Shown in pieces: positions 10,713-21,666 of a DNA stretch of 33,574 nt. Where the stretch lies: positions 1 to 33,574 of the forward strand of contig CAMDQV010000001.1 in NCBI GenBank assembly GCA_945906015.1. The letters run 5' to 3'. The first letter of the stretch is position 1; each line of letters starts with the position of its first letter. Origin of the DNA: Pedobacter schmidteae (lineage in GTDB: Bacteria > Bacteroidota > Bacteroidia > Sphingobacteriales > Sphingobacteriaceae). Below the pieces are notes generated by a model, which was not told where the DNA came from, did no database searches, and worked only from the letters and a program-made list of their open reading frames with translations. The position numbers were made by a program, and so were the translations under genes.

Positions 10713-11573
10713 TTAATTTTTTGTTGATTCCTGACTTTCTAATTTTAAACTATCGGTTAAAAGCCGATTTATTTCCGTAACTATTTTAGTTGTATCGAAT
10801 TTATTTTTTCCACAAACAATCTGATTAGCATATTTCAGATTTATTGATTTATAGGTATCCCAGCCAACTTTTGGCATCGCCTTTTTGTAAAACACAAAAA
10901 GGTTTCTAAACTTGGTTTGCAAAGAATCTGCATTTCCAAGAATGATCTTATGATCTCCAACCCGTGGTACCATTTCAATATCTCCCTTCAAGTCGACAAA
11001 GAGCTGTTCGATCTGATTATCCCAAAGTGTATCAGTCTTTATAAACTGAGCTGTTCTGTAAAGGTCTTTTGCAAGTTTAGAATTAAGTGTATCTACCTTA
11101 CCTGAAAAATCCTCATCAATAAAACCATTTGCCACTAATACCTTAGCTGTAAAATTGTCTGAAAGGGGTATTTTTAATCCGTTTCCATCAATATAAAAAT
11201 GAACATTTGCCATATTAATCATCCTTAAAATAGGCTCTCTTTGTCTGATTTGCACATGTACAATTCCATCCATATCGGCATAAACTTTGGCGTATTCAAT
11301 AAATGGATTACTCTTTAGCGAATTTTCCAGTTTATGGATATTTATGTCATTCAAGTATCTTCCTACCAGTTTACCACCTGCTTCTAAAAGAATTCTATCC
11401 ACTTCATTACGCTCAATAAAATTATTTCGTCCCGGAAGAATTACCTTAACATCCTTACATTTCTGACCACCCTTTTTAACTTCAATAAAGCTCATTAACA
11501 GAACAAAGCCACTCAGACTTACCAGCCAGATAAAGCCATATAAAATACCCTTCCAATTAATTCGTTTAAGCAT
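10713..11573 (-). CDS. ftsQ: Cell division protein FtsQ/DivIB
   Basis: Single N-terminal TM helix, POTRA-like region (LENSLKSNPFIEYAKV...VQIRQREPILR), YKSINLKYANQIVC; between murC and ftsA; 8-nt overlap with murC. Confidence 0.9.
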   Translation of the reverse strand: MLKRINWKGILYGFIWLVSLSGFVLLMSFIEVKKGGQKCKDVKVILPGRNNFIERNEVDRILLEAGGKLVGRYLNDINIHKLENSLKSNPFIEYAKVYADMDGIVHVQIRQREPILRMINMANVHFYIDGNGLKIPLSDNFTAKVLVANGFIDEDFSGKVDTLNSKLAKDLYRTAQFIKTDTLWDNQIEQLFVDLKGDIEMVPRVGDHKIILGNADSLQTKFRNLFVFYKKAMPKVGWDTYKSINLKYANQIVCGKNKFDTTKIVTEINRLLTDSLKLESQESTKN

Positions 11574-12921
11574 ATTTAAGTATTGTTTTCAAAGGTTCTA
11601 TTAATGTATCGATATCACCTGCACCAACTGTTAACAGTAATTCAGGCTTACTGGAACGAATATATTCTACCGCATCTTGTTTACTCAGGTTTTGCTTTGA
11701 TGCATTGTTTACTTTATCCAAAATCATGGATGAAGTCACACCCTCGATAGGCAATTCTCTGGCAGGATAGATATCAAGTAAGATCAGATTATCCACCAAA
11801 CTCAAAACCTCTGCAAATCCATCTGCAAAATCTCTGGTACGGGTAAATAAATGAGGCTGAAAAATAGCCGTCAGTTTTTTGCCCGGGTACAAACTTTTCA
11901 CTGCGTTAATGCAGGCCCTTAACTCTTCCGGATGATGTGCATAATCATCAATGTACGTGTGATTGATATCTTTCACAACATGTTCGAAGCGGCGTTTAAC
12001 ACCCAGAAAGCTTGCCAGGGCCAAAGGAATCTTTTCTGGATCAATTCCTAAATGCAAGGCAACTTCAATTGCTGCAACAGCATTTTCAATATTGTGAAGT
12101 CCGGGTAAGCCCAATTGAATATCTTCAATAATCAGGTTAGCATTTTTAAAATCGAAGTAGAAGCTACCGTCCTGAATTCGAACATTCACAGCTTGAATAT
12201 CAGCTACAATATTAGCGGAATAGGTTTTTCCACCACTCAAATCGAGTCCCTCCTTATAGATAAGCCTTCCACCTTCTTTAAGCTGGGATGTGAATTGCTT
12301 GAAGGATTCTATCAAATGTGATTGATCACCATAGATATCCAAATGATCAGCATCCATAGAAGTTACAATAGCGATATCCGAATGAAGTGTAAGGAATGAA
12401 CGGTCGTATTCATCTGCCTCAACAACAAGGGTATTATTTTCGCCAAAGAGCACATTTGAATTATAATTGGATGAAATTCCTCCAAGAAAGGCTGAACAAT
12501 CGTATCCACTATGCTTAAGAATATGAGCAATGATACTGGAAGTAGTAGTTTTTCCATGCGTACCTGCCACAGCAATGGTATACATGCTCTTACTGATAAT
12601 ACCTAGTACTTCTGAACGTTTCTTCATAGTGAATCCACCATTCTTGAAGTAATTCAATATCCTGGAATTGGAAGGTATAGCAGGTGTATAAATAACTAAT
12701 GTAGTTGGATCATTTTTAAGAAAGCTAACTTTAATCCCATCTTCATCATCTAGAAAAACTACCGGAATACCTTCATTTCTTAACATCTCAGTAAGCGGAG
12801 TACCAGTCTTATCGTAACCACAAACCACGCAACCACGCTTCTTAAAATAACGGGCAAGGCCACTCATTCCGATTCCACCGATTCCTACTAAATAAACTCT
12901 TTGTATATTCTCCAATTCCAT
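11566..12921 (-). CDS. murC: UDP-N-acetylmuramate--L-alanine ligase
   Basis: GIGGIGMSGLA, AGTHGKTTT, VEADEYDRSF, DDYAHHP, FQPHLFTRT. Confidence 0.98.
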   Translation of the reverse strand: MELENIQRVYLVGIGGIGMSGLARYFKKRGCVVCGYDKTGTPLTEMLRNEGIPVVFLDDEDGIKVSFLKNDPTTLVIYTPAIPSNSRILNYFKNGGFTMKKRSEVLGIISKSMYTIAVAGTHGKTTTSSIIAHILKHSGYDCSAFLGGISSNYNSNVLFGENNTLVVEADEYDRSFLTLHSDIAIVTSMDADHLDIYGDQSHLIESFKQFTSQLKEGGRLIYKEGLDLSGGKTYSANIVADIQAVNVRIQDGSFYFDFKNANLIIEDIQLGLPGLHNIENAVAAIEVALHLGIDPEKIPLALASFLGVKRRFEHVVKDINHTYIDDYAHHPEELRACINAVKSLYPGKKLTAIFQPHLFTRTRDFADGFAEVLSLVDNLILLDIYPARELPIEGVTSSMILDKVNNASKQNLSKQDAVEYIRSSKPELLLTVGAGDIDTLIEPLKTILKYA

Positions 12922-12932
12922 AGTAAAATTTT

Positions 12933-14030
12933 CTATTTTGCTAATTTCAATACTTCATTCGCTATAATTTTGTCTGCATCAGGCAATTCCATTTTGCCAA
13001 TATTTTCAGCCAATTCCATACACTTCTTCTTATTTTCAATAAGAACAAGTGCTATATCAAGCAGCTCAAGTTCAGCAACATCATCGCCAACAAGAATAGC
13101 AGCTTCTTTTTTTACCAATGCCAATGCATTCTTTGTTTGATGATCTTCTGCTACATTAGGTGATGGAACCAGAATGACCGGTTTCTTTACAACACATAAT
13201 TCAGCAATAGTACCTGCACCTGCTCTTGAAATTACCAAGTCGCATGCCGAATAAGCAAGATCCATGCGATGTAAGAACTCAAGCACTTTAATATTGGCAT
13301 GTTCCTTTCCTGCCAGCTGCTGAGTGACTGATTTATAATAATATTTTCCTGTTTGCCATATCAACTGTACATCTGCAGCGATGATCTTATCCAATCCGGC
13401 CAATATGCTTTTATTCAAAGTACCTGCACCAAGACTCCCCCCAGTCAATAAAATAGTTTTTTTAACTGGTGAAAGGCTCAAAAATTCTGCTGCGGCAAAT
13501 CGTTTATTTTCAATTTCAACAGCTTCCTTCCTTATAGGATTACCAGTGACCAATATCTTTGCTTTAGGAAAGAATTTATCCATTCCTTCAAAGGCCACGC
13601 AGATCACTGAAGCTTTTTTTCCAAGCCATTTATTTGTAATACCTGCAAATGAATTCTGTTCCTGTATCAAATAGGGAACCTTCATCTGTGAAGCAGCATA
13701 TAACAAGGGGCCTGAAGCATAACCACCAACACCTACTGCCACATCTGGCTTAAAATCTTTTACTATTTCTATAGACTTTAATACACTCCGTAAAAGCTTG
13801 AATGGTAATAACACGTTCTTTAAAAGAGAACCTCGCTGAAATCCCTGAATATCTAAACCAATTATTTTATAGCCTGCTGCTGGAACTTTCTCCATTTCCA
13901 TTCTACCATTAGCTCCGACAAAAAGGATCTCCGTTTCCGGATTAATCTTTTTCAATGCATTGGCAATTGCAATAGCTGGGAAAATATGCCCACCAGTGCC
14001 GCCTCCGCTTATGATTACTCTTTTTGCCAT
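12933..14030 (-). CDS. murG: Lipid I N-acetylglucosaminyltransferase MurG
   Basis: SGGGTGGHIFPA, GVGGYASGP, QEQNS, TGNPIR, GGSLGA, SRAGAGT, HQTKNA. Confidence 0.98.
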   Translation of the reverse strand: MAKRVIISGGGTGGHIFPAIAIANALKKINPETEILFVGANGRMEMEKVPAAGYKIIGLDIQGFQRGSLLKNVLLPFKLLRSVLKSIEIVKDFKPDVAVGVGGYASGPLLYAASQMKVPYLIQEQNSFAGITNKWLGKKASVICVAFEGMDKFFPKAKILVTGNPIRKEAVEIENKRFAAAEFLSLSPVKKTILLTGGSLGAGTLNKSILAGLDKIIAADVQLIWQTGKYYYKSVTQQLAGKEHANIKVLEFLHRMDLAYSACDLVISRAGAGTIAELCVVKKPVILVPSPNVAEDHQTKNALALVKKEAAILVGDDVAELELLDIALVLIENKKKCMELAENIGKMELPDADKIIANEVLKLAK

Positions 14031-14074
14031 TTTATTTGTATCAATCAGGTTTTAACAACCCTATTTATTTTTCA

Positions 14075-15238
14075 TCAAGCCATTGCAGGAATCTCACCAA
14101 CAATTACCTTTTCCAGACTCTTTTCTTTCTTTTCATCATTATCTCGACTTACACTAAGTATGATACCGAATGCCACACTCGTAAACAGAATTGATGTGCC
14201 ACCCATACTAACCAAAGGAAGCGGAACACCAGTTACCGGACCCAATCCTACGGCTACAGCCATATTAGCAAAGGCTTGTATGGTCAAACTAAAACTTAAT
14301 CCGGCAGCCAGCAATGCCCCAAATGCCTTGGGGCTCTGTGTCACAATCAAGACGCATCGGTATAAGAAAACCAAATACAGAAGCACAAGCCCAACTCCAC
14401 CAATCATGCCGTATTCTTCAATGATCAGTGCGAACACAAAATCTGAATATGGGTGAGGTAAATAATTTCTTTGAGTACTATTTCCTGGGCCTTTCCCAAA
14501 AACACCACCTATTGCAATAGCAATTTTAGCCTGGTTTGCCTGAAATGATTTATCAGGATCTACACGTTCAGGATGCAAGAATGTTTCAATTCTTGAGATA
14601 TAAGTTTTACGACGCGGTCCAAGCAACATGACACCACTCAATAGAATTAGTCCGGCAAGACATACAATAGAAATTTGCTTAATACTTATCCGCCCTATGA
14701 TGAGCAACAGAATACTTACGCCAAATAGCATTAGGGCCGTTGAAAGATTAGCCAAAGCGATAAGCACAAATACGCCACAAACTGAGCCCATAATAGGTAG
14801 GAATGCTTTTTTAACATCTTTTATATTTTCCTGCTTTTTGCTAAGGCTCCTAGCCAGAAAGGTAATCAGAGCCAGTTTGGCAAGATCTGAGGTTTGGAAA
14901 GTTTGATTGATGATTGGAATTGTAACCCAGCGACTAGCCTCATTCACATTTGCTCCAAATAACAAGGTATAAGCTAAAAGTGGAATGGTAATAACCATCA
15001 ATATCTTGCTGATACCTGCATAATACCTGTAATCAAGAAGATGGGAGAAGTACATTAAAGCAATACCTCCAACAATCATCACAAGGTGCTTGATCAGAAA
15101 TTGCTCGCTAGCAACTCCCTTTTTATAGGCAAGCGTTCCTGTGGCACTGTAAACAGCTAAAAGCGACCATACTGAGAGTAAGATCACAATGAGCCAAATC
15201 CAGCGATCACCTTTTGTTTTGCTAATTATTCTTTCCAT
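14075..15238 (-). CDS. ftsW: SEDS-family peptidoglycan polymerase FtsW
   Basis: Multiple TM segments, ASRW, FQTSDLAK, GKGPGNS, LPHPYSDF, TGVPLPLVSMGGTS. Confidence 0.96.
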   Translation of the reverse strand: MERIISKTKGDRWIWLIVILLSVWSLLAVYSATGTLAYKKGVASEQFLIKHLVMIVGGIALMYFSHLLDYRYYAGISKILMVITIPLLAYTLLFGANVNEASRWVTIPIINQTFQTSDLAKLALITFLARSLSKKQENIKDVKKAFLPIMGSVCGVFVLIALANLSTALMLFGVSILLLIIGRISIKQISIVCLAGLILLSGVMLLGPRRKTYISRIETFLHPERVDPDKSFQANQAKIAIAIGGVFGKGPGNSTQRNYLPHPYSDFVFALIIEEYGMIGGVGLVLLYLVFLYRCVLIVTQSPKAFGALLAAGLSFSLTIQAFANMAVAVGLGPVTGVPLPLVSMGGTSILFTSVAFGIILSVSRDNDEKKEKSLEKVIVGEIPAMA

Positions 15239-15242
15239 TATT

Positions 15243-15388
15243 TGTCTGTTGTCTGTTATCTGTTGTCTGTTATCAGTTAGTTAGATGGTTAGTAGTTAGT
15301 TGGTTAGTTAAAATTACCTCTGACTAATCATTTCAAATGATTGTTCTTCTCTGCTTTTAGCTTTTAGCTTTCTGCTTTTGCCTTTCTT
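15243..15388. repeat. Compound short tandem repeats in murD-ftsW spacer
   Basis: 5 x T[GA]TC[TA]GT (15243-15277); 2 x 15-mer TAGTTAG[AT]TGGTTAG (15278-15307); 5 x CTTT(TAG/TAG/CTG/TGC/CTT) heptamers (15354-15388). Confidence 0.9.
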
Positions 15389-15416
15389 CTGTTATCTATT
15401 GCTTAGTTATCAAATT

Positions 15417-16769
15417 TTAAAGTTCTTTTACGGCTTTTTTGAACTGGTTTCCACGGTCTTCATAATTCTTAAACAAGTCAAAACTGGCACATGCAGGCGA
15501 TAAGAGAACAGTATTACCTTTTTTAGCTAAATAATATGCAATCTGAACTGCTTCATTTGCTGAAAAAGTATTTACAATCACCTCTACATCATCGTCAAAG
15601 GCATCATGAATTCGCTTATTATCCTTTCCAAGACAGACTATAGCTTTCACTTTTGATTTTACAAGATCTTTTAACATGTTATAATCATTGCCCTTATCTA
15701 CCCCACCAAGGATAAGAACAACTTCTCCGGGCATACTTTCAAGCGCATACCAAGTAGAATTCACGTTTGTAGCCTTTGAATCATTGATAAAATCAATTCC
15801 TGATATACGGGCAACATGTTCAAGCCTATGTTCAATGTTTGTGAAACTTTGCATGCTTTCGCGAATAGTTTCATTCCTTAATTCAAGCACTTTTGCTACT
15901 ATGCCCGAAGCCATAGAATTGTAAATATTATGCTTACCCTGAAGAGCTAGATCTTTAATTGACATAGTAAATGATTCTTGATTATTATGGTGAAGTGTTA
16001 CAATGATCTGGTCATCCTGAAGAAAGGCTCCCTGATCAAGAATTTTCTCAATAGAAAAAGGAAAGATATCTGCGTTGATCTGATGTTTTAAAAGACCCTT
16101 CTGAGTTTCCTCGTCATCGGCACAATAAATAAACACATCTCCTTGTTTTTGATTTTGAATAATCCTGAATTTAGAATCAGCATAATTCTCCATTTTATAC
16201 TCATACCTGTCTAAGTGGTCAGGTGTAATATTTAATAATACAGCAATATCAGCTTTGAAGTCATACATATTATCAAGCATAAAGCTGCTGATCTCCAAAA
16301 CATAGTAATCAAAATCCTGGAATGCTACCTGACGTGCAAAGCTCTTTCCAATATTTCCAGCAAGGCCTATATTCAGCCCTGCATTCTTTAGGATATGATA
16401 GGTTAGCATGGTAGTGGTCGTCTTCCCATTAGAACCTGTAATACAGATCATTTTTGCTTTAGAGTAACGCCCGGCAAATTCAATTTCAGAAAGTATTGGA
16501 ATATTATTTTCAATTAATTTTTTAATAATAGGAGCTTTATCAGGAATTCCCGGACTTTTTACAACTTCGGAAGCTATTAAAATACGTTCCTCAGAATGGC
16601 CATTTTCTTCAAAAGAAATTGCTGCATCCTCTAAATCTTTTTTATAATGATCAGCAATAAGACCAAAATCTGAAACAAACACTGCATAGCCTTCCTTCTG
16701 GGCCAGCAAGGCTGCACCAACTCCACTTTCGCCGGCTCCAAGAATTACGATATATCTCTTGTCTGCCAT
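15417..16769 (-). CDS. murD: UDP-N-acetylmuramoyl-L-alanine--D-glutamate ligase
   Basis: LGAGESG, VKSPGIP, ITGSNGKTTT, LEISSF, NDSKATN, LLSPACASFD; TAATG overlap with mraY. Confidence 0.98.
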   Translation of the reverse strand: MADKRYIVILGAGESGVGAALLAQKEGYAVFVSDFGLIADHYKKDLEDAAISFEENGHSEERILIASEVVKSPGIPDKAPIIKKLIENNIPILSEIEFAGRYSKAKMICITGSNGKTTTTMLTYHILKNAGLNIGLAGNIGKSFARQVAFQDFDYYVLEISSFMLDNMYDFKADIAVLLNITPDHLDRYEYKMENYADSKFRIIQNQKQGDVFIYCADDEETQKGLLKHQINADIFPFSIEKILDQGAFLQDDQIIVTLHHNNQESFTMSIKDLALQGKHNIYNSMASGIVAKVLELRNETIRESMQSFTNIEHRLEHVARISGIDFINDSKATNVNSTWYALESMPGEVVLILGGVDKGNDYNMLKDLVKSKVKAIVCLGKDNKRIHDAFDDDVEVIVNTFSANEAVQIAYYLAKKGNTVLLSPACASFDLFKNYEDRGNQFKKAVKEL

Positions 16770-18010
16770 TACCTAAGCTTTAAAGTCACGATTGTTAAAA
16801 TAGCCAGTATAATTCCAACGATCCAGAACCGTGTAACGATCTTGGCCTCATGATATCCTTTTTTTTGATAATGATGATGGAGTGGCGACATCAGAAAAAT
16901 GCGACGGCCTTCTCCGAACTTCTTTTTAGTGTATTTAAAATAAGAGACCTGCATGATCACCGAAAGGTTCTCAACCAGAAATACTCCGCATAATACAGGA
17001 ATAAGAAGTTCCTTCCTGATCATGATTGCAAATGCGGCGATGATCCCACCGATGGCTAGGCTACCGGTATCACCCATAAATACCTGGGCAGGATACGAAT
17101 TATACCATAAAAAGCCTACGCATGCTCCCACAAAAGCACCAGCAAATATCACCAGCTCTCCTGAATAGGGGATATACATAATATTGAGGTAATCGGCAAA
17201 AATGGCATTTCCCGAAACATAAGCAAGTATGGCTAGCGTAATTCCAATGATGGCGGATGTACCTGTTGCTAAGCCATCGATCCCATCCGTGAGATTTGCA
17301 CCATTAGAAACTGCTGTGACAATAACGATGACAAAAAGTAGGAAAACAACTAGAGAATACTTTTTATACTGATCTCCAAAAACTGTAAGAACTTTGGCAT
17401 AATCGAATTTATTATCCTTGTAAAAAGGCACATTGGTAATGGTCGACTTAATATCCTGAGTATAATAATACTGATCACCACGTTTATGAACATCCAATGA
17501 AGCCTGCACTTTGGCAGGTAAAGTAACCTGCTCTCTTACAACAATATCCTGGTGAAAATACATGGTCCATCCAATGATCAAAGCCAATCCAACCTGACCC
17601 ATGATCTTAAAACGGCCAGCCAGACCTTCTTTATCTTTTTTAAATACCTTAATATAATCATCAACAAAACCGATCGCTCCCATCCAGACAGTAGTGATAA
17701 GCATCAAAATGATATAAATATTATCTATACGGGCAAATAAAAGGGTTGGAACTAAAATTCCTAAAAGAATGATCAAACCACCCATTGTTGGCGTCCCTTG
17801 CTTTTGTATCTGGCCATCTAAACCGAGGTTTCTAACGGTCTCTCCTACTTGTTTAGCGCGTAATATTCTGATCAGACGGCTGCCATAAACAGTTGTTAGA
17901 AGGAGTGACAAGATCACAGCCATAGCGGTACGGAATGATATAAACTGGAACAATCCTGCCCCGGGAATATCATAATGCTTGTCAAGCCAGGTAAATAAGT
18001 AATACAACAT
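16769..18010 (-). CDS. mraY: Phospho-N-acetylmuramoyl-pentapeptide transferase
   Basis: [42 protein letters not shown]; TAATG overlap with murE. Confidence 0.98.
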   Translation of the reverse strand: MLYYLFTWLDKHYDIPGAGLFQFISFRTAMAVILSLLLTTVYGSRLIRILRAKQVGETVRNLGLDGQIQKQGTPTMGGLIILLGILVPTLLFARIDNIYIILMLITTVWMGAIGFVDDYIKVFKKDKEGLAGRFKIMGQVGLALIIGWTMYFHQDIVVREQVTLPAKVQASLDVHKRGDQYYYTQDIKSTITNVPFYKDNKFDYAKVLTVFGDQYKKYSLVVFLLFVIVIVTAVSNGANLTDGIDGLATGTSAIIGITLAILAYVSGNAIFADYLNIMYIPYSGELVIFAGAFVGACVGFLWYNSYPAQVFMGDTGSLAIGGIIAAFAIMIRKELLIPVLCGVFLVENLSVIMQVSYFKYTKKKFGEGRRIFLMSPLHHHYQKKGYHEAKIVTRFWIVGIILAILTIVTLKLR

Positions 18011-19473
18011 TAGCTTACCAGATTTAAAAATTCAGTTAATATTTCTTTATCATCAAAAGGAAGCTTATCACCTCCAACATCCTGATATTTTTCATGCCCT
18101 TTACCGGCCACCACAATAATATCACCAGATTTTGCCAGATGGCAGGCCGTACGAATGGCTTCTTTTCTGTCAGTAATAGAAAGTGCTTTTCTTTTATTCT
18201 GAGGCATAACACCTACCTCCATATCTCTGATAATTTGCTCTGGAACCTCAGTTCGAGGATTATCAGAGGTCAGTATTACTTTATCACTCCAATCACAAGC
18301 CACCTGTGCCATAATTGGACGTTTTGATTTATCTCTGTCGCCACCACAGCCTATTACGGTAATAACCTGCTCAGTGCCTTTGCGGATATCTTGAATAGTG
18401 CTCAGCACATTCTGTACCGCATCCGGAGTATGTGCATAATCAACTATACCAATAATTCCTGAAGGAGATATCATATAATCAAATCGACCTTCAGCACCAG
18501 TTAATCGACTTAATGAGGTTAAAACCTTTAATCTATCTTGTTCAAGTAAGAGGGCTGCTGAATAAACTGCAAGTAAATTATACGCATTGAAGCTGCCCAC
18601 CATTTTAAACCAAACCTCCTCATGATCAATATTCAGAAGTAAGCCACTGAAATGGTTTTCAATGATCTTTGCTTTAAAATCGGCGATATTCTTAAGCCCA
18701 TACGATTTTTTATGAGCCTCCGTATTCTGAAGCATCACCATTCCATTTTTATCATCAATATTGGTTAATGCGAATGCCTGCATATTAAGATGATCAAAAA
18801 ATCCTTTTTTCGCCTTTAAATAAGAGTCGAATGTCTTATGAAAATCCAGATGATCATGGGTAAGATTGGTAAATATCCCTCCAGTAAAATCGAGCCCTTC
18901 AATCCGCGATTGTGCTACAGCATGCGAACTAACTTCCATGAAGCAATAGTCACATCCGCTTTTCACCATATCATGCAGGAGACTGTTTAAAGCAATAGGA
19001 TCAGGTGTAGTATGAGTAGCTGGAATGATCAGATCATTGATTTGATTCTGAACGGTAGATAGCAATCCAGTTTTATAGCCCAAATCACGAAACAATTGAA
19101 ACAGAAGAGTAGCAATTGTTGTTTTTCCATTGGTACCAGTAACTCCAACCAATTTTAGTTTTGCTGAAGGCTTGCCATAAAAATTAGAAGCGATGATACC
19201 TAAAGCCTTTGCTGAATTACCAACTAGAAAATAATTAATATGCTCTCTAAATTTTGATGGAAACTCTTCACATAGAATTGAATGAGCACCCAGATCGATG
19301 GCTTTATCAATAAAAGCGTGCCCATCTGATGCAGTGCCACGAACAGCAACAAACAGAACGTCAGGCCCTACCTTCCTTGAATCAAAGCATATGGCATTAA
19401 CCTCCGATTCAGTTGAACCAATTACCTTTAAAAGAGATACGCCATACAATATATCCTTGAGTATCGTCATCAT
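18010..19473 (-). CDS. murE: UDP-MurNAc-dipeptide--meso-diaminopimelate ligase
   Basis: [33 protein letters not shown] (DAP-specific), AGKGHE; ATGA overlap with ftsI stop (start could be the next ATG at 19470). Confidence 0.98.
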   Translation of the reverse strand: MMTILKDILYGVSLLKVIGSTESEVNAICFDSRKVGPDVLFVAVRGTASDGHAFIDKAIDLGAHSILCEEFPSKFREHINYFLVGNSAKALGIIASNFYGKPSAKLKLVGVTGTNGKTTIATLLFQLFRDLGYKTGLLSTVQNQINDLIIPATHTTPDPIALNSLLHDMVKSGCDYCFMEVSSHAVAQSRIEGLDFTGGIFTNLTHDHLDFHKTFDSYLKAKKGFFDHLNMQAFALTNIDDKNGMVMLQNTEAHKKSYGLKNIADFKAKIIENHFSGLLLNIDHEEVWFKMVGSFNAYNLLAVYSAALLLEQDRLKVLTSLSRLTGAEGRFDYMISPSGIIGIVDYAHTPDAVQNVLSTIQDIRKGTEQVITVIGCGGDRDKSKRPIMAQVACDWSDKVILTSDNPRTEVPEQIIRDMEVGVMPQNKRKALSITDRKEAIRTACHLAKSGDIIVVAGKGHEKYQDVGGDKLPFDDKEILTEFLNLVS

Positions 19474-21572
19474 TCAAGTTCTAAAATAATCGGTTCACCT
19501 TTTGCAACCCTTGTTCCTGCAAGCAATGATTGTCTAACTACTCTTCCGCTTCCGCGAACCAGGGTTTTCAAACCTGAATTACCTAAAACATATAACGCAT
19601 CTTTTAAGCCCATTCTACTAACATCAGGAACGGATCCTTCCATAAGTTTAACATCCTTATTAGCAATTACATTATTTGTATCGACCATCACGTAATCAGA
19701 ATTCGTAGCAAACAATGCTTTGATTCCAAAAGTTTTATAAACATGTTGTGTTGCCTTCTTCTCACCAGTTTTAGATTCAGGCATGATTAAGTTTCCAGTA
19801 AATTTTTGATCCTTCAATGCATCAAACATGTTCACATCACTAGCATAAACGCGGTCTGCGATCTCGCGAAAAACCGGTCCAGCAACTGAAGCTGCATAAT
19901 AGGTGCCTTTACGAGGGTTATTAACTACAACAATCAGTGAATATTTTGGGTTATCGGCTGGGAAATATCCGCAAAATGATGCTTGGTATTTTTTATCAAC
20001 CTGATAACCTTTATTCGCATCAGCTACCTGTGCAGTACCCGTTTTACCTGCAATCCGGTATAGAGGAGAAGCAAGGCCTTTGCCTGTGCCTTGGGTCACA
20101 ACACCTTCTAGAAGAGCCTGGGCCTTCTTAATGGTAATATCTGAGACGATTTTTTCATTGATAACACGGGCTTTAAACAATTCAACAGTATTACCCAGGC
20201 GTCTGATCTCACGAACAAAAATTGGAGCAATATATCTACCATCATTTGCAACTGCATTATAAAAGGCCAGCATTTGCAAGGGAGTGATCTGCATTTCATA
20301 GCCATAAGCCATCTGCGGAAGTGTTTGTTTTTTATTCCAACTCCTGTTCTTTGGATTTTTTATGACAGGCTGCCCCTCTCCAGGGATTTGAAGCATCAAT
20401 TTTTTATTGAGTCCCCATTTGTAAAGGTGCTCCGAAAATTTTCCCTGATCATTTTGATAGGCAGCATTGATCATTTTAGCAACTGCCACATTTGAAGACT
20501 CCTCAAAAGCTCTTTTCACAGTTACAGTACCAATACCGCCATGAGAATCGCGAATAGTATGGCCAGGAATCCTGTAAGTACCGTCGCCGGTTGCCACCAT
20601 TGAATTTGTATCTACCTTATTATCTTCAAGTAATGAAAGGTAAGACGCTAGTTTAAAGGTTGATCCAGGATCCTGACTTGCAGCAATCGCATAGTTAAAC
20701 TGCTCCTCATATTCACCAGTGCTCACCTTACTGAAGTTAGCTACTGCCCGAATTTCACCCGTTGCCACTTCCATTAGTATCACACAACCATGATCAGCAT
20801 CGCTGGTGATTAATTGATTTTTCAGAGCTCTTTGAGCAACATCCTGAATATTGATATCGATGGTAGAAATAATATCAGCACCTTCTTTTGGGGCAATTTC
20901 AATATCCTGATTCACGGGCATCCAAACACCGCCAGCGATACGCTGCATCATTCTTTTGCCGGTTTCGCCATCTATGTAAGCACTATAAGCACCTTCAAGA
21001 CCCACAGGCTGAACATTTTTATTCTTATAGCCAATGGTTCGCTTTGCCAGAGACTGGAATGGCAAGATCCGTTTATTCTGCTGTACAGATATTAGTCCGC
21101 CCGTATAACGTCCAAGATTAAAAATCGGAAACTCACGAATGGCTTTTAACTCCTGATAAGTAACATCTCTTTTAAGTAGTATGTATCTTGCCTTATCATC
21201 ACGAGCCTCACGAAGCAACCTTGAATATTGTTTTGTTGACTTATCACCAAAAAAAACAGATAGTTTGGCAGCAAGAGAATCTACTTTTTCATAAAAAACA
21301 TCATCTTTTTCAATACCTCCTGCAAGCATATCCATCCTTATCTCATACTCAGGGACAGAGGTAGCAAGCAGGCTACCATCTACAGAATAGATATTACCAC
21401 GGGCAGCTTCCACATTGGCAAAACGGGTAGAAAGGCTATCGGCCATTGCTCTCCATTTTTCACCTTCTACAAACTGCACATGGAATAATTTAAAAAGTAC
21501 CGCAAAGGCCAAAAGTACGATCAAGCCAAAGGCTAGGTACACTCGGAGCAATATGTCGGTTCTGATGTTCAT
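19470..21572 (-). CDS. ftsI: Class B penicillin-binding protein FtsI/PBP3 with C-terminal PASTA domain
   Basis: N-terminal TM, RGNIYS, GLEG, PGSTFK (SxxK), SSN, AGKTGTAQ; terminal VPDVSRMGLKDA...VVRQS PASTA pattern. Confidence 0.95.
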   Translation of the reverse strand: MNIRTDILLRVYLAFGLIVLLAFAVLFKLFHVQFVEGEKWRAMADSLSTRFANVEAARGNIYSVDGSLLATSVPEYEIRMDMLAGGIEKDDVFYEKVDSLAAKLSVFFGDKSTKQYSRLLREARDDKARYILLKRDVTYQELKAIREFPIFNLGRYTGGLISVQQNKRILPFQSLAKRTIGYKNKNVQPVGLEGAYSAYIDGETGKRMMQRIAGGVWMPVNQDIEIAPKEGADIISTIDINIQDVAQRALKNQLITSDADHGCVILMEVATGEIRAVANFSKVSTGEYEEQFNYAIAASQDPGSTFKLASYLSLLEDNKVDTNSMVATGDGTYRIPGHTIRDSHGGIGTVTVKRAFEESSNVAVAKMINAAYQNDQGKFSEHLYKWGLNKKLMLQIPGEGQPVIKNPKNRSWNKKQTLPQMAYGYEMQITPLQMLAFYNAVANDGRYIAPIFVREIRRLGNTVELFKARVINEKIVSDITIKKAQALLEGVVTQGTGKGLASPLYRIAGKTGTAQVADANKGYQVDKKYQASFCGYFPADNPKYSLIVVVNNPRKGTYYAASVAGPVFREIADRVYASDVNMFDALKDQKFTGNLIMPESKTGEKKATQHVYKTFGIKALFATNSDYVMVDTNNVIANKDVKLMEGSVPDVSRMGLKDALYVLGNSGLKTLVRGSGRVVRQSLLAGTRVAKGEPIILELE

Positions 21573-21573
21573 T

Positions 21574-21664
21574 TGTCGGTTGTCTGTTATCTGTTGTCGG
21601 TTGTCGTTTATCTGTTATCTGTTGTCGGTTGTCGGTTGTCTGTTGTCTGTTGACTGATAACTGT
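21574..21664. repeat. Degenerate heptamer tandem array filling the ftsL-ftsI spacer
   Basis: 13 in-register units: TGTCGGT TGTCTGT TATCTGT TGTCGGT TGTCGTT TATCTGT TATCTGT TGTCGGT TGTCGGT TGTCTGT TGTCTGT TGACTGA TAACTGT. Confidence 0.95.
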
Positions 21665-21666
21665 AG

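Noticed and set aside
10806-10814. TTTTCCACA inside ftsQ
   Set aside because: Single match in coding sequence, within chance expectation.
17350-17550. Hydrophilic insertion in MraY
   Set aside because: In frame and consistent with the longer MraY typical of Bacteroidota; no intein or intron features.
21574-21664. Repeat arrays as CRISPR
   Set aside because: Units are 7 nt and contiguous, with no unique spacers and no cas genes.
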